64,000 nucleotides of DNA from an uncultured delta proteobacterium (GTDB taxonomy: Bacteria > Desulfobacterota > Desulfobacteria > Desulfobacterales > SG8-13), in assembly GCA_963848135.1 (NCBI GenBank), contig CAWKCK010000003.1, positions 496,001-560,000 of the forward strand. The letters are read 5' to 3'. How positions within the stretch are numbered: position 1 is the first letter of the stretch; every line of letters begins with the position of its first letter. The translations under genes and the position numbers were made by a program. This document shows, piece by piece, positions 30,703-42,785 of the stretch. The notes beneath the pieces were generated by a model. That model saw only the letters and a program-made list of their open reading frames with translations, had not been told where the DNA came from and made no database searches.

Positions 30703-31161
30703 TTACTTCCCCGTATGGCCAAAACCGCCGCTGTTCCGATCAGTTGCCGCAAGGGATTCCACAAGTTTGACATGCACTTGCCAGGCACGCGCAATGACCA
30801 TCTGGGCCACACGGTCGCCGCGTTGAAATGTGTATGGTGACCGGCCGAAATTGATTACGGCAAGCTTGACTTCTCCACGGTAATCCGAATCGATGGTCCC
30901 AGGTGAATTAATTAGCCCAATGCCATGCTTGACGGCCAAGCCACTGCGGGGACGAATTTGGGCTTCATACCCTCGGGGAAGGGCCATGGCAAAACCTGTG
31001 GGAAGCAATCCGATATCACCGGGAGCAAGAACATATGGATCATCGATGGCGACTGAAATGTCCATTCCGGCAGAATCAGAGGTCATATAACGGGGTAAAG
31101 GGATGTCTGCGTCCCTTTGCGGATGGAGGCGGCGGATTCTGACTTCCAGGTGGTTTTCCAT
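30703..31161 (-). CDS. dut: dUTP diphosphatase
   Basis: SAGMD, RPRSGLA, GTIDSDYRGE, DRVAQ, GGFGHTG. Confidence 0.96.
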   Translation of the reverse strand: MENHLEVRIRRLHPQRDADIPLPRYMTSDSAGMDISVAIDDPYVLAPGDIGLLPTGFAMALPRGYEAQIRPRSGLAVKHGIGLINSPGTIDSDYRGEVKLAVINFGRSPYTFQRGDRVAQMVIARAWQVHVKLVESLAATDRNSGGFGHTGK

Positions 31162-31207
31162 GGTCACATGACAGGTTGATTCGTCCGATATTCTATGGGG
31201 ATTGTGG

Positions 31208-32476
31208 TCAAATCAGCAATAAATCCTCAAAGTTTTCTTTTTCGCTGATCGGGCCGAGGGTGGTCAAAGCCAGGCGGTCTTCCCGGAACAATTCTCTGGA
31301 AAGGACACAGATATCTTCTACCGTGGTTGCATTGATCCCATCGATGATCTCCTGCAATGGGATGTGGCGCCCGAAATTTATCTCATTCTGTGCCAGACGG
31401 ACCATCTGGTTGTCGACGCTTTCCGCTGCCAGCATCAGATTGCCTTTGGTGTAATTCTTGGCATCGGTCAATTCCGCTTCTTCAACGGGATTCATTTTGA
31501 GCACACGCATTTCTTCTACTATAAGACTGACGGCTTCGCGAACTTTGTCGGGATGGATACCGACATAGGCGCCGAACATGCCGGTATCCTCGTAAGAAGA
31601 GATAAAAGAGTAGACGGCATAAGCGAGGCCGCGATGTTCTCTTATTTTCTGGAATAGCCGGGAACTCATGTTTCCGCCAAAAATGGTGTTTAAGAGTGAA
31701 AACGTATAACGTCTGGGGTCGGCAATGGGCACGCCTTGCGTTCCCAAACAGACGTGGACCTGTTCCAGTTCCCGGCAATGCACATTGACTTGCGGATATC
31801 CGTTAGGTGTCATGCGTCCCGGGAAGCTCTCTCCCGCTTCAATGGCTGAAAAGGCAGGGCTGACAATATCGACGATCTGTTCGTGGGAAATGTTCCCGGA
31901 AACGGCGATCACAATGTGTGCGGGTTGATAGAATCGGTGAAAAAAAGTTTTAATGATGTCGGTCGAAAATCCGAGTATGTTTTCACGGGTGCCGAGAATG
32001 GAGCGCCCGAGAGGGTTATCTCCCCAGTACGCACTACCCGAGAGAATATGTACGTACTCTTCGGGATTGTCTTCAACCATGCCGATTTCTTGAAAAATGA
32101 CCGGCCGTTCTTTTGCCACTTCTGCTTCAGCGAAGACCGAGTACAGAAATATATCGGTCAGAATGTCGACCATCGTTTCCAGATGAGAATCCATGACCCT
32201 GGCATGGTAACATGTATTTTCAAAACTCGTGAAAGCATTTGTGTGGCCGCCGATGGCATCGAACTCCTTGGCGATCTGAAAGGCCGTGCGTTTATGCGTG
32301 CCCTTGAAAATCATGTGTTCGATCATATGGGAGAGGCCGTTCTCGGCGGCGGATTCATCCCGGGCACCGACATTGACCCAGACGCCCATGGAGACACTGC
32401 GCACATACGGCATGGATTTTGTCAGGATACGAACGCCGTTTTCAAGCGTGGTTTTGCTGATTGAACCGGTATTCAT
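31208..32476 (-). CDS. M16 family zinc peptidase
   Basis: HMIEH (HxxEH), NAFTS, MSSRLFQKIRE; downstream of pnp. Confidence 0.93.
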   Translation of the reverse strand: MNTGSISKTTLENGVRILTKSMPYVRSVSMGVWVNVGARDESAAENGLSHMIEHMIFKGTHKRTAFQIAKEFDAIGGHTNAFTSFENTCYHARVMDSHLETMVDILTDIFLYSVFAEAEVAKERPVIFQEIGMVEDNPEEYVHILSGSAYWGDNPLGRSILGTRENILGFSTDIIKTFFHRFYQPAHIVIAVSGNISHEQIVDIVSPAFSAIEAGESFPGRMTPNGYPQVNVHCRELEQVHVCLGTQGVPIADPRRYTFSLLNTIFGGNMSSRLFQKIREHRGLAYAVYSFISSYEDTGMFGAYVGIHPDKVREAVSLIVEEMRVLKMNPVEEAELTDAKNYTKGNLMLAAESVDNQMVRLAQNEINFGRHIPLQEIIDGINATTVEDICVLSRELFREDRLALTTLGPISEKENFEDLLLI

Positions 32477-32479
32477 CTG

Positions 32480-34555
32480 CTATTCCAGAACCGCTTTGTG
32501 ACTCAATCGGATTTTACCGTCTCGGCTGATTTCGAGGACCTTAACCTTCAGCGTTTGCCCTTCTTTGACGACATCAGAGACCTTGGTGACGCGATGATTG
32601 GCCAGTTGGGATATATGAACCAAACCGTCCGTTCCCGGTGAAATCTGAACGAAGGCGCCGAAATCGGTAATTTTCACGACCGTCCCTTCATAAATGGCGC
32701 CGATTTCCGGTTCTTTAGTGATGGTTTCAACCATCTGCTTGGCGTTTTCCCCTTCTTCCGCAGAAAAGGCGGATATTTTCACGATTCCGGAATCGTCAAC
32801 TTCAATGCGGGTGTTGGTTTCACTCTGAATAGCTCTAATGGTCTTGCCACCCGGGCCGATAATTTCCCTGATTTTATCCGGATTGATTTTGATGGACAGA
32901 ACCTTGGGGGCGTAGGGGGAAATTTCTTGGCGCGCTTCCGTGATGGTTTCGAGCATCCGGTCGAGGATATGCAGTCGTCCGGCACGTGCTTGCTCGAGGG
33001 CTTGCTTCATAATGTCCTTCGAAAGCTCGCGAATCTTGATGTCCATCTGAACGGCGGTAATCCCTTCTGATGTGCCGGCCACTTTAAAGTCCATATCACC
33101 CGTATGATCTTCGTCACCAAGAATATCAGAGAGCACGACCACCTGGTCTTCGCCCTTGACCAGGCCCATGGCAATACCGGCCACCGGGGTTTTGATGGGA
33201 ACTCCGCCATCCATCATCGCCAGTGTTCCGGCGCAGACGGTTCCCATGGAAGATGAGCCGTTGGATTCGAGCACTTCGGATACGATACGGATGGTGTAGT
33301 CGAAATTTTCCTTGTCGGGCAGGGATTTTTCCAACGCACGGGTAGAAAGGCCGCCGTGTCCGATATCTCTGCGCGAAGGTCCACCGATTCGCCGGGTTTC
33401 TCCGACAGAAAATGGCGGAAAGTTGTAGTGGAGCATAAACGGTCGGAATTCGTCCCCGCTCAGGGTTTCAACCCGTTGTTCATCCTGGCCAGAGCCGAGA
33501 GTCAAGACACCGAGGACCTGGGTTTCCCCACGGGTAAACAACGCACTGCCGTGAGGACGCGGCAATATGCCGACTTCACAGCTTATCGGCCGGATTTCAT
33601 CAAATTTCCGACCGTCGATGCGGCGGTTTTCCTTCAAGACGAGATCCCGGCAGACGGATTTATTAAGGTCCTTGATAACCTCCAGGATTTCTGACCGGCG
33701 GTCCTCATAGGCGTCCCCCAAAAGGGCGAAGTAGTTATCCTTGACTTCACGCAGGGTCTTGCTGCGCGTAACTTTGTCGGGGATCAAAACCGCTTCCTGT
33801 ATTTTGTCCCGTAATTCGGATTCGATACGGGCAACCAGGTCCGGGTCCTTTTCCGGCGGAAGGAAAGGGCGCTTGGGAACCCCCGCGACGGCGCGTAGTT
33901 TTTCCTGTAGGGCGATAATCGGCTGCATTTCGCTGTGAGCAAAATAGATGGCCTCGAGCAGATCCGACTCCGCGACGATATTGCCGCCGCCTTCAACCAT
34001 GACGATGCCGGTTTTTGATCCAGCAACGATGATGTTGATGTCGGATTGCTCCAAATCTTCAATTGCCGGATTGACGACGAATTGGCCATTGATGCGGGCG
34101 ACCCGAACGCAGGCTATGGGCCCTTCGAAAGGGATTTCAGAAACTTCGAGGGCGGCCGAGGCACCGATCATGGCGAGGGTATCTGGTTCATTTTCCTGAT
34201 CCATAGATAAAACCATGGCGATAACCTGGGTTTCATTGCGGTAGCCTTTCGGAAACAGGGGACGGATGGGCCGATCGATCAACCGCGCTGTCAAGGTTTC
34301 CTTTTCGCTGGGGCGCCCGATTTCTCGTCGAAAATAGTTACCCGGGATACGTCCGGCAGCGTATATTTTCTCCTGATACTCGACGGTAAGGGGTAAAAAA
34401 TCTGTTTGCCTTTCCTCTGGTGAAGATACGACTGACACAAGGACGGCGGTATCTCCGTAGCGAACCAAAACAGCACCTGAGGCCTGTTTGGCGACTTTGC
34501 CGGTCTGGATGCTCAGTGTCTTTCCACCGAGTTGGGCATTTAATGTTATTTCCAT
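32480..34555 (-). CDS. pnp: Polyribonucleotide nucleotidyltransferase
   Basis: [36 protein letters not shown] and S1 domains. Confidence 0.98.
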   Translation of the reverse strand: MEITLNAQLGGKTLSIQTGKVAKQASGAVLVRYGDTAVLVSVVSSPEERQTDFLPLTVEYQEKIYAAGRIPGNYFRREIGRPSEKETLTARLIDRPIRPLFPKGYRNETQVIAMVLSMDQENEPDTLAMIGASAALEVSEIPFEGPIACVRVARINGQFVVNPAIEDLEQSDINIIVAGSKTGIVMVEGGGNIVAESDLLEAIYFAHSEMQPIIALQEKLRAVAGVPKRPFLPPEKDPDLVARIESELRDKIQEAVLIPDKVTRSKTLREVKDNYFALLGDAYEDRRSEILEVIKDLNKSVCRDLVLKENRRIDGRKFDEIRPISCEVGILPRPHGSALFTRGETQVLGVLTLGSGQDEQRVETLSGDEFRPFMLHYNFPPFSVGETRRIGGPSRRDIGHGGLSTRALEKSLPDKENFDYTIRIVSEVLESNGSSSMGTVCAGTLAMMDGGVPIKTPVAGIAMGLVKGEDQVVVLSDILGDEDHTGDMDFKVAGTSEGITAVQMDIKIRELSKDIMKQALEQARAGRLHILDRMLETITEARQEISPYAPKVLSIKINPDKIREIIGPGGKTIRAIQSETNTRIEVDDSGIVKISAFSAEEGENAKQMVETITKEPEIGAIYEGTVVKITDFGAFVQISPGTDGLVHISQLANHRVTKVSDVVKEGQTLKVKVLEISRDGKIRLSHKAVLE

Positions 34556-34719
34556 TTTATTCTCCTAAAAAATATGCGCCTTACCAACCGTTTTCGCACG
34601 GAAAACTAATCAATGGGAGGGCGAATTGCAACGCACGCGTGCAGTTGGATCATCGACCACTTTCACTGTCCGGATTGCACAACACCCTCTGCGGTTTCCG
34701 GAAGCGATACAGGCAGGTA

Positions 34720-34989
34720 TCAGCGCTTTAAACCGAGGGCTTCAATTATGGTGCGATATCTGTTGATGTCCTTGTTTTTAACGTAGTTTAACAGTCGGCG
34801 ACGCCTGCCGACCAGCATTAATAATCCTCGTCGTGAATGATGGTCTTTCTTGTGCATCTTGAGGTGTTCCGTCAGGTAGGATATCCGGTGGGTCAAAAGA
34901 CCGACCTGTACTTCGGGCGAACCGGTATCACCCTCGTGTAACTTGAATTTGTCTATCAGTTTCTTTTTTTCATCCGTAGAAAAGACCAC
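34720..34989 (-). CDS. rpsO: 30S ribosomal protein S15
   Basis: [24 protein letters not shown] start with AGGAGG SD. Confidence 0.97.
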   Translation of the reverse strand: MVFSTDEKKKLIDKFKLHEGDTGSPEVQVGLLTHRISYLTEHLKMHKKDHHSRRGLLMLVGRRRRLLNYVKNKDINRYRTIIEALGLKR

Positions 34990-35091
34990 TTTCTTTATTC
35001 CTCCTTTTTCATGAAAAAATTAATCTTTCACCCGAGTCGTACAGAGTCATTCAGCCTGAGCCATTGGCTGCAGGCTGGCGGCCTTCGCCTC

Positions 35092-36033
35092 TCAATCAAT
35101 ATGGTCACTGAACACACAGACATAGCTTAACCTGTCACTTTGGCGGTGCTGCCGCACAACGGCCAGAAGGTTCCGCTGTGCATCAAGAAGCTTTAAATAC
35201 GTTTGTGTGTTCTGGGGCGCATCATCTCCAATCAGCGGCAACCCACCGATATCGTGCGCGTGAATCACTCTGCCATGTTTTATCAGTAGAGTCAAAGCTT
35301 TGTTCGCTGTAACCTCCGGCAAATCCGACAGGGCATCGGCCATTGACACCATCTGTTCGCTCACCCGGTCTTTACCGGCAAGTGCTTCGAGCTCAGGCAC
35401 AGTCAGGGCGTCATCGGTCGTGAATCGACCGCTTCCGGTTCTCCTTAGTGCCTCCAGGTGTCCGCCGCACCCCAATTCTCTCCCGATATCGGCACAAAGC
35501 GTGCGAATGTAGGTTCCCGAAGAGCAGCTAACATCGAATTGAACCAACGGCGGCGCAATTGACCGGATTTCTATGCTGTCGATCATAACCGGCCTTGCCG
35601 GCTTGTGAACCGGACGTCCGGCACGGGCGTAGCGATACAAGGGAATGCCCTTTAATTTCAATGCCGAATACGCCGGTGGCGACTGTAAGTACGAACCTTC
35701 GAATTGGCTGATAACAGACCCGATGCGCTCGGCAGTAACCGCAATGGGGCCAGTATCTGAAATCACTTTGCCGGTGGCGTCCTGGGTGTCGGTTTCGATA
35801 CCCAAGCGCAGGGTGGCGCAGTATCGTTTCTTGTTGTGTATAAGAAATTGCGCAATCCGAGTGGCTTGGTTGACGCAGCAAACGAGAACGCCGGTTGCCA
35901 TAGGGTCCAGAGTGCCGGTGTGCCCGACTTTTCTGGCTTTCAGTACGCTCTTTACTTTTGCAACCACCCTTGCCGAGGAAATTTCTGGTGGTTTGTCCAG
36001 TACGATAATGCCGTTGATCTGCGAAACAGTCAT
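35092..36033 (-). CDS. truB: tRNA pseudouridine(55) synthase
   Basis: KVGHTGTLDP, PPAYSALK, CSSGTYIRTL. Confidence 0.96.
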   Translation of the reverse strand: MTVSQINGIIVLDKPPEISSARVVAKVKSVLKARKVGHTGTLDPMATGVLVCCVNQATRIAQFLIHNKKRYCATLRLGIETDTQDATGKVISDTGPIAVTAERIGSVISQFEGSYLQSPPAYSALKLKGIPLYRYARAGRPVHKPARPVMIDSIEIRSIAPPLVQFDVSCSSGTYIRTLCADIGRELGCGGHLEALRRTGSGRFTTDDALTVPELEALAGKDRVSEQMVSMADALSDLPEVTANKALTLLIKHGRVIHAHDIGGLPLIGDDAPQNTQTYLKLLDAQRNLLAVVRQHRQSDRLSYVCVFSDHID

Positions 36034-36053
36034 ACCCCAAAGCCGGGAATGGT

Positions 36054-37028
36054 TTACAGTTTTTCCGCGAGGCGGGAAATTCGGGCTTTCACCTCGGGTA
36101 GAGATCCATCGATGCCAAATCCAGCGGCATTCTGATGGCCGCCGCCGCCATAGGTTACGGCCACGGCGGCGACATCAATTGTGCCGTCGGACCGCAAACT
36201 CACATGATAACGGTTGCGGGTCTTTCCCGCGCCGAGGCCGTTGCGCAACTCCTGAATCATAGCCGCGACTTTTACGGCTTCGATTCGACGCGCATAGTGA
36301 ATTAAGCCATCGGCATCTTCGGGCTGAGTGCCGGTTTGACGGAGCATATCCTGTGTCACCGTCATAATCGACATTTTGCCGTTGCGCGACAATTCAATCG
36401 AGTCCAGGGCCAGGTTCAATAGCTTGATCCGGCCGATGGAATATGTTCCATAGACGTATTGGGCGACGTTGTGGGGCTCAACGCCCCTCTCCACCATCTC
36501 GCGGCAGATATCAAAGGCGGCTTGATTGGTGTTCGAAAAGCGAAACGAGCCGGTATCGGTAAGTATTCCAGTATACACCAGCGTCGCGATGTCTTTGTCG
36601 ATTGGAATCGCCATCGCCAGCAGCAGTCGATATACCAGTTCCGCGGTCGCGCAGGCCGAAGGATCGACGAGTTGAACCGTTCCGAAGTTTGTATTGGTGA
36701 AGTGGTGATCGATGTTGATAATCACCGGTATCTTCCGGACAGCCTCCGCGGCCCTTCCGATGCGATCCAATTCGCCGCAGTCCAGTATTACCGCCGTATC
36801 AAATTTCTCGGTATCCTGAGCGTCCGTAGTGATGCGGTTGGTTGACGGCAGGAAGCGATAGACGGCTGGAATCGGATCCGGATTAAAAAAGGTTACGGTT
36901 TTGCCTTTGAGTTCGAGAGCCAAACCGACGGCAACCAGAGAACTTATGGCATCTCCATCCGGGTTTTCATGGGAAGCAACCAGGACGTGCCGGCTGTCGT
37001 TCACGTGTCGAAGGATCTGATCTGTCAT
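36054..37028 (-). CDS. nrnA: DHH/DHHA1 oligoribonuclease and pAp phosphatase (NrnA)
   Basis: HENPDGD, IDHH, TDTGSF, SLRS, GGGGH. Confidence 0.9.
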   Translation of the reverse strand: MTDQILRHVNDSRHVLVASHENPDGDAISSLVAVGLALELKGKTVTFFNPDPIPAVYRFLPSTNRITTDAQDTEKFDTAVILDCGELDRIGRAAEAVRKIPVIINIDHHFTNTNFGTVQLVDPSACATAELVYRLLLAMAIPIDKDIATLVYTGILTDTGSFRFSNTNQAAFDICREMVERGVEPHNVAQYVYGTYSIGRIKLLNLALDSIELSRNGKMSIMTVTQDMLRQTGTQPEDADGLIHYARRIEAVKVAAMIQELRNGLGAGKTRNRYHVSLRSDGTIDVAAVAVTYGGGGHQNAAGFGIDGSLPEVKARISRLAEKL

Positions 37029-37372
37029 GATTTAGTGCGAATGGAATCCAGAAGGTTTTCGATATGGGCCCCGTAATCGAACGATTCGTCGTAATAGAAC
37101 TCGAGCTCGGGCATGTATCGCAGGCCAAGCCGCCGGGCCAATGATGCTTTAACGAAACCGAGCGCACTTTTAAAACCCAGTTGGGCAGCCTCTATTTTTT
37201 CAGGGCCACCTGGTACAGAAAAATAGATACGGGCAATTCGTAAGTCCTTTGTCATCCTGACATGGGTTATCGTTGTCATCTCCAGCCGGGGGTCTTTGAC
37301 CCCCTTGAGAAGGATGTCAGACAGGGCTTGTTGTATCAGGCCGCTGACTCTATCGGCGCGCTTATACGACAT
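37025..37372 (-). CDS. rbfA: Ribosome-binding factor A
   Basis: RADRV, KDPRL, LRYMPELEFYYD; operon position. Confidence 0.94.
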   Translation of the reverse strand: MSYKRADRVSGLIQQALSDILLKGVKDPRLEMTTITHVRMTKDLRIARIYFSVPGGPEKIEAAQLGFKSALGFVKASLARRLGLRYMPELEFYYDESFDYGAHIENLLDSIRTKS

Positions 37373-37659
37373 TATATATTGATGATCTCCATTTCAGAAT
37401 CGATGACCTCAGCGAGGCCCAAATCTTCGATCATGTTAAGGATCTTGTCGATTTTTGAATTCATGACCTGCCGATCGTTTCCCGCGAGAGTAAATCCGAT
37501 TTCCGCCCGCTGGTGGGCATCATTCATCCCCACCTCGGCAACGGAAGCATTAAACTTGTTGCGCACCTGGGCGATGATCGACTTGACGACTTTGCGTTTC
37601 CCTTTCAAAGAGCGGCAGTCGTGCAGCCTGAAGGTAACGATTCCTATCCCCACGACCAT
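37372..37659 (-). CDS. DUF503/YlxP-family protein
   Basis: SLKGKRKVVKS..KFNASVAEV between infB and rbfA; start moved to MVVG. Confidence 0.85.
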   Translation of the reverse strand: MVVGIGIVTFRLHDCRSLKGKRKVVKSIIAQVRNKFNASVAEVGMNDAHQRAEIGFTLAGNDRQVMNSKIDKILNMIEDLGLAEVIDSEMEIINI

Positions 37660-37794
37660 CGATAACTCTCGTCTACAGCCGAGAGCGGCGCCGAACAAGT
37701 TCGACGAATGACGCCGTTCTCCGCACGTAATTGATTAGAGAAAAGTTTTCCGATCAGATAGCTCGGCAATGCCTTTTTCAGATGGATAAAAAAA

Positions 37795-40443
37795 CTATAT
37801 ATTCGGCCGAATTTCTTCCAGAAAATAGCATTCCAGAACATCACCGACTTTAATGTCGTTATAGTTTTCAACGCCGATACCGCATTCGTAACCGCTTTGC
37901 ACGTCTTTGACATCATCCTTGAAGCGGCGCAGGGAAGAATTTTTACCTTCATATTGCACCACACCATCACGGAGGACCCTGAGAAGGCGCCCGCGTTCCA
38001 TTTTGCCTTCGGTAACATAACATCCAGCAATGGTGCCGATCTTGGGTACGTGAAAGGTGTCTCGAACTTCCGCTCTTCCTAAGATGCGTTCTTCAAATGT
38101 CGAGGACATCATACCGGCTACGGCATCTTTTACGTCTTTGATCACATCGTAAATCACGTTATAGAAGCGCATGTCCACGCCTTCTTCGTTGGCCAGCGTC
38201 TGAACCTTGGTTGTTGGGCGGACATTGAACCCAATGATGATCGCATTTGAAACCGTTGCCAGAGAGACATCTGATTCGGTGATGGTGCCGGTGGCGGAAT
38301 GAACGACATTGATATTGACTTCTTCGTTGGACAATTTCGTCAGGGCATCGGCCAAAGCTTCGTTGGAGCCGTGAACATCGGCCTTGATGATCAAATTCAA
38401 ATCTTTGACTTCACCCTGTTTCAATTGCTCGAAAAGATTGTCCAGGCTCAGGCGGCTTGTTTTGGCCAGTTCCTTTGAGCGGTGTTTTTGAATACGGTGC
38501 TCGCTGATCTGTTTGGCGTCTTTATCATCCTCCACCACAAACAATTCGTCACCAGCCATTGGGACACCGGAGAGTCCGATAACCTCGACGGGAATCGAAG
38601 GGCCGGCAGAATCCACCGGCTGGCCCCGGTCATTAAGCATTGCCCGAATCTTACCGTGATAGATTCCGCACACGATCGGATCCCCGATGCGCAAAGTGCC
38701 TTCCTGAACCAGAACCGTGGCAATAGCACCGCGACCCGAGTCAATCTTCGACTCGACAACGTGGCCGTTGGCTCGTTTGTTGGGATTGGCCTTCAATTCG
38801 AGCACTTCTGCCTGCAGTAAGATCATTTCGAGCAGTTCGTCGATGCCCGTGTTTTTTTTGGCCGAGACATTGACAAAGATGGTATCGCCGCCCCAACTCT
38901 CAGGAGATAGCCCCTGTTCGGCGAGTTCACGATACACACGGTCCAGATTGGCATTGTCCTTGTCAATTTTATTGACGGCAACGATGATCGGTACCTTGGC
39001 GGCCCGGGCATGATTGATCGCCTCAGTGGTTTGTGGCATGACCCCGTCATCGGCTGCGACCACCAGAACGACGATATCAGTAACTTGCGCTCCTCTTGCC
39101 CGCATGGCTGTAAACGCCTCATGCCCGGGGGTGTCCAGGAACGCGATCTGGCCCTTTTCGGTGTTAACATAATATGCGCCGATATGCTGGGTAATGCCTC
39201 CGGCCTCGATATCCGTAATTCTGGTTTCTCGGATCACGTCCAACAATGAGGTTTTACCGTGGTCGACATGTCCCATAATGGTAACCACAGGTGATCTTTC
39301 AATTTGCAGGGTGGGATCATCTTCTTCGACTTTCAAAAAAGCCTCCTCCTCGAAAGTGGCGCGCTCGACTTCATAATCAAACTCAGATGCCACTAAGACC
39401 GCCGTTTCGAAATCGATAGTCTGATTTACCGTGGTCATAACACCCATTCCCATCAACGTTTTAATCATTTCGCCGGCCTTTATGCCCATGCGTTTGGCCA
39501 GATCGGAAAGAATGATCGCCTCGTCGATTTTGATCCTGCGTTTGATGGCTTTCGCTGTGGTAATCTGGGTTTTCTGGGCGGGCGCTGCCGCTTTGGCTTT
39601 GAGCGCTTTCCTGCCCTTGCGTGGACGCTGGCGCGATCCATAAAGATCTGCACCTTCGACGACTTCTTTTCTACGGAAAGAGATTTTCTTTTTGAAGAAT
39701 TTGTTGTCGGCATCTACTTCTTCCCCGCGTTTTCTTTTCTTCTTCTTCTTCTTATCTTTTGCGGGGTCATCAGCGGCAATTTTAACTGAAGGTGCTGAGG
39801 GTTTCAAGGTGACGACTTTATCTGTAAGCGGGGTCGGTACTTTGCCTTCTTCCGCTTTAACAGCCGGCGCCTGGACCTCAGGGGTAATAGGCATGCGGAT
39901 GATTTTGGCGGCCTGATCTTTCTTCTTCGCTTTTTTTGAGGCCTTTGGCGTTTTTACTTCTTCGAGTGATGTCGGTGGCGTTTCAGCATCAGCCGACGTC
40001 TCCGGGGGTACCACTCCAGGGTCAGTCAATTCGGCTGCAGTTGCTGCCGGTGTTTCTTCAACCGGTTCGACCTCTGACGTCGTTTCCGCCTCGGGAACCT
40101 GTTCTATTTCAGGTGAAGTTTCCGCTTCGACCACTTTATCGGCAGGGATTTCTTCTTCCTTTTCTTCTTCAGTGTCTGTTATCGCCGTGTCCTCTTCCGG
40201 TGCTTCAACGACCACGGTTTTCTTGCGGCGCCGAATGACGGTTGAGCGTACGCGCGTTTCGACAACGGTTTCAGTTTTGCGTCCGAAAAGATCAGCTTTG
40301 ATCTGGGCCACCAAATCATCGTCGAGCGCACTCATATGGCTCTTGATCTCGACGTCGATATCCATATCCTGTATCTTTTCGATAAGGCTTTTGTTGGTCA
40401 TGTTCAGATCCCTGGCAAGTTCATATATCCTGATCTTTGCCAT
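37795..40443 (-). CDS. infB: Translation initiation factor IF-2
   Basis: [48 protein letters not shown] before ATG 40443. Confidence 0.98.
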   Translation of the reverse strand: MAKIRIYELARDLNMTNKSLIEKIQDMDIDVEIKSHMSALDDDLVAQIKADLFGRKTETVVETRVRSTVIRRRKKTVVVEAPEEDTAITDTEEEKEEEIPADKVVEAETSPEIEQVPEAETTSEVEPVEETPAATAAELTDPGVVPPETSADAETPPTSLEEVKTPKASKKAKKKDQAAKIIRMPITPEVQAPAVKAEEGKVPTPLTDKVVTLKPSAPSVKIAADDPAKDKKKKKKRKRGEEVDADNKFFKKKISFRRKEVVEGADLYGSRQRPRKGRKALKAKAAAPAQKTQITTAKAIKRRIKIDEAIILSDLAKRMGIKAGEMIKTLMGMGVMTTVNQTIDFETAVLVASEFDYEVERATFEEEAFLKVEEDDPTLQIERSPVVTIMGHVDHGKTSLLDVIRETRITDIEAGGITQHIGAYYVNTEKGQIAFLDTPGHEAFTAMRARGAQVTDIVVLVVAADDGVMPQTTEAINHARAAKVPIIVAVNKIDKDNANLDRVYRELAEQGLSPESWGGDTIFVNVSAKKNTGIDELLEMILLQAEVLELKANPNKRANGHVVESKIDSGRGAIATVLVQEGTLRIGDPIVCGIYHGKIRAMLNDRGQPVDSAGPSIPVEVIGLSGVPMAGDELFVVEDDKDAKQISEHRIQKHRSKELAKTSRLSLDNLFEQLKQGEVKDLNLIIKADVHGSNEALADALTKLSNEEVNINVVHSATGTITESDVSLATVSNAIIIGFNVRPTTKVQTLANEEGVDMRFYNVIYDVIKDVKDAVAGMMSSTFEERILGRAEVRDTFHVPKIGTIAGCYVTEGKMERGRLLRVLRDGVVQYEGKNSSLRRFKDDVKDVQSGYECGIGVENYNDIKVGDVLECYFLEEIRPNI

Positions 40444-40549
40444 CAATCCCCCTAAAATCACAATTAAGCGAGTGGTTTTCGCGCATAACATCGACAGTCT
40501 AGCTTATACGACTGCCACGGCGACTATTTTACCAGCGCGGCAACATATG

Positions 40550-41956
40550 TTATTCGCCTCCGGTTTGTTCCTCGACTGAATCCGTTGTATCGGTGGCATC
40601 AACATCAAGTTTTGCTTCCGGTTCATCCGTTTCAGCACCTTCATCGATGTGGTCATCTTTGGCATCTTCGGAAACGTCTTCTACTGTGGTGGCAACCTCG
40701 GGTGTAACCTCATCAAGTTTGGTCTGTATAACTTCGTTTGAGGCCGTGATCAATTTACCGGCGATTTCTTCTCCGATCCCCCGAATCTGTGTCAGGTCCT
40801 CGACTGTGGCCTTGCCGATCTCTTCGGCCGAGAAAAATCCTTTTTCGTACAAGGCATCCGCCAAACTGATGCCGACGCCCGGCAGCGCAAGCAGGGAATC
40901 ATATCCACTGCGCATGGCCTCGCTGTATTTCGTTTCGCTCTTGACATCCAGGTGCCAACCCGAGAGTCTCGAAGCCAGGCGCACATTTTGACCGCGCTTA
41001 CCGATGGCGATCGAAAGAAACTCGTCGGGAACGATGACTTCCATCGTTCGGTTGGACTCGTCTATGATGACGCGTGATATTTCAGCTGGCGCCAAAGCAT
41101 TGCAGACATATCTTGCCGGATCGACGTGCCAGGAAATGATGTCGATTTTTTCACCCCGTAACTCTTGAACCACGTTTTGCACACGACTGCCTTTCATTCC
41201 CACGCAAGCGCCCACTGGGTCGATGTCGGCATTGCTTGAAGCAACGGCGATTTTTGCCCGAACCCCAGGCTCGCGGGATGCTCCCATTATTTTTACGATT
41301 CCCTCGCTGATTTCCGGCACTTCCATCTTAAACAGGTTAACAAGAAAATCCGCATGGGTGCGGGAAAGAATGATTTGAGGTCCACGGCTTTCATGCAATA
41401 CATCTAGGATCAGAGCACGCACCCGGTCACCGCGTCGATAACCTTCCCTGGGCACCTGTTCTCGTACAGGAACAACCCCCTCGGTTTGGCCCAAGTTGAC
41501 GATGATATCACCGCGGTCCATGCGCTGGACGATGCCGTTGATAATTTCTCCTTTGCGGTTGATGAAACTGGCAAAGACCGCATCTTTTTCTGCATCTTTA
41601 ATTTTTTGAATGATGACCTGCTTGGCTGACTGTGCCGCGATTCGGCCGAATGTCGACGTGTCCATTTTTGTGCCCAGGCTGTCACCGATTTCGCAGTCCG
41701 GATCGAGTTTCCGGCCCTCTTCAAGGCTGATTTCCAACGCAGGCTCCGTTACCACCTCGGCGACATCCTTGAATTGGAACACCTCGATTTCGCCCAGTTC
41801 TTCGTTGAATTGAACCTCGACGTCCATTTTGGGCCCGAACTTTTTACGGGCCGCGGATTTCAAGGCTTCCTCGAGAGCATTGATAAGGACCTCACGTGAA
41901 ATACCTTTGTCTCTGCTGACTTGTTCGACAACCCGCTTTATGTCTGACATGTACAT
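40550..41956 (-). CDS. nusA: Transcription termination factor NusA
   Basis: FGRIAAQSAKQ, GACVGMKGSRV, AIGKRGQNVRLA. Confidence 0.97.
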   Translation of the reverse strand: MYMSDIKRVVEQVSRDKGISREVLINALEEALKSAARKKFGPKMDVEVQFNEELGEIEVFQFKDVAEVVTEPALEISLEEGRKLDPDCEIGDSLGTKMDTSTFGRIAAQSAKQVIIQKIKDAEKDAVFASFINRKGEIINGIVQRMDRGDIIVNLGQTEGVVPVREQVPREGYRRGDRVRALILDVLHESRGPQIILSRTHADFLVNLFKMEVPEISEGIVKIMGASREPGVRAKIAVASSNADIDPVGACVGMKGSRVQNVVQELRGEKIDIISWHVDPARYVCNALAPAEISRVIIDESNRTMEVIVPDEFLSIAIGKRGQNVRLASRLSGWHLDVKSETKYSEAMRSGYDSLLALPGVGISLADALYEKGFFSAEEIGKATVEDLTQIRGIGEEIAGKLITASNEVIQTKLDEVTPEVATTVEDVSEDAKDDHIDEGAETDEPEAKLDVDATDTTDSVEEQTGGE

Positions 41957-42498
41957 CAGTAATCTCCATGATCGACCAGTCGCGCCTTGTTTATTTCTGC
42001 GAAGGGGATAGCGACTGTTTTGTCATCAATGGTTAGAGTGACCAGCTCGTTAATAATACCTTTCAATAGGCCGGTAAAGTTTTTCTGACCGCTTATTGGT
42101 TGAAATGTTTGTATTTTAATTTTTTTACCCCGGAAACGTTCGAAATCGGACCGTTTCCCTATCGGGCGCTCAGGACCTGGCGACGAAACCTCAAGGTTAT
42201 ACGTGCCGATATCCCCCAAGTCCACGTCCAAAAGATCGTTCAACTGACGGCTGACATGTGTGCAATCGTCCAGCGTGATGCCCCCCGGCTTGTCGATGGT
42301 AATGCGCAGCACCTTCCCGCTGGCTTCTGGATGATATTCCACAAAAACCAATTCCAACCCCTCGGATTCACAGAGCGGTTCGGCTACCTTAAAGACCTGC
42401 CGGGCGATGAGTTCCGATCGGTTTTGAGCGCGAGAAGCTGCAGGTATATGCTGGCCTCTAGGCATATTTCCGGTCGGTTTTTTATTCACTGTGTTCAA
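41956..42498 (-). CDS. rimP: Ribosome maturation factor RimP
   Basis: LRITIDKPGGITLDDC, YNLEVSSPGPERP; exact start uncertain. Confidence 0.93.
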   Translation of the reverse strand: MNTVNKKPTGNMPRGQHIPAASRAQNRSELIARQVFKVAEPLCESEGLELVFVEYHPEASGKVLRITIDKPGGITLDDCTHVSRQLNDLLDVDLGDIGTYNLEVSSPGPERPIGKRSDFERFRGKKIKIQTFQPISGQKNFTGLLKGIINELVTLTIDDKTVAIPFAEINKARLVDHGDY

Positions 42499-42509
42499 TC
42501 CTTAAAAAA

Positions 42510-42534
42510 TCAAAAAACGGGCTTTCGCCCGTTT
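42510..42534 (-). promoter_or_regulatory. rimP leader hairpin/attenuator
   Basis: Minus strand AAACGGGC-GAAA-GCCCGTTTTTT directly upstream of rimP. Confidence 0.7.
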
Positions 42535-42668
42535 CTTCAAGTCCGAGTGCGTCTTTAGGAGTGTTAATATTACCGGTTCATGATATTAACCTTTATTAAG
42601 ACAATGAACCAGATAATATCTGGTTCTACCCTCACTCAGCCTTCTTCGAAGTAAAGGCGGAGAAGAAT

Positions 42669-42744
42669 TGGAGCGGGCAACGAGATTCGAACTCGCGACA
42701 CCAAGCTTGGGAAGCTTGTACTCTACCAACTGAGCTATGCCCGC
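42669..42744 (-). tRNA. tRNA-Gly (CCC)
   Basis: GCGGGCATAGCTCAGTTGGTAGAG..CAAGC-TTCCCAA-GCTTG..GTTCGAATC..GCCCGCTCCA; 76-nt cloverleaf with encoded CCA. Confidence 0.97.
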
Positions 42745-42756
42745 CCGCAAACACAC

Positions 42757-42785
42757 TATTTAGGACAAAACTTGTGCTTTGTCAA
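42757..42785 (-). promoter_or_regulatory. Sigma70 promoter of tRNA-Gly
   Basis: TTGACA-17 nt-TAAATA ending 12 nt before the tRNA. Confidence 0.6.
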
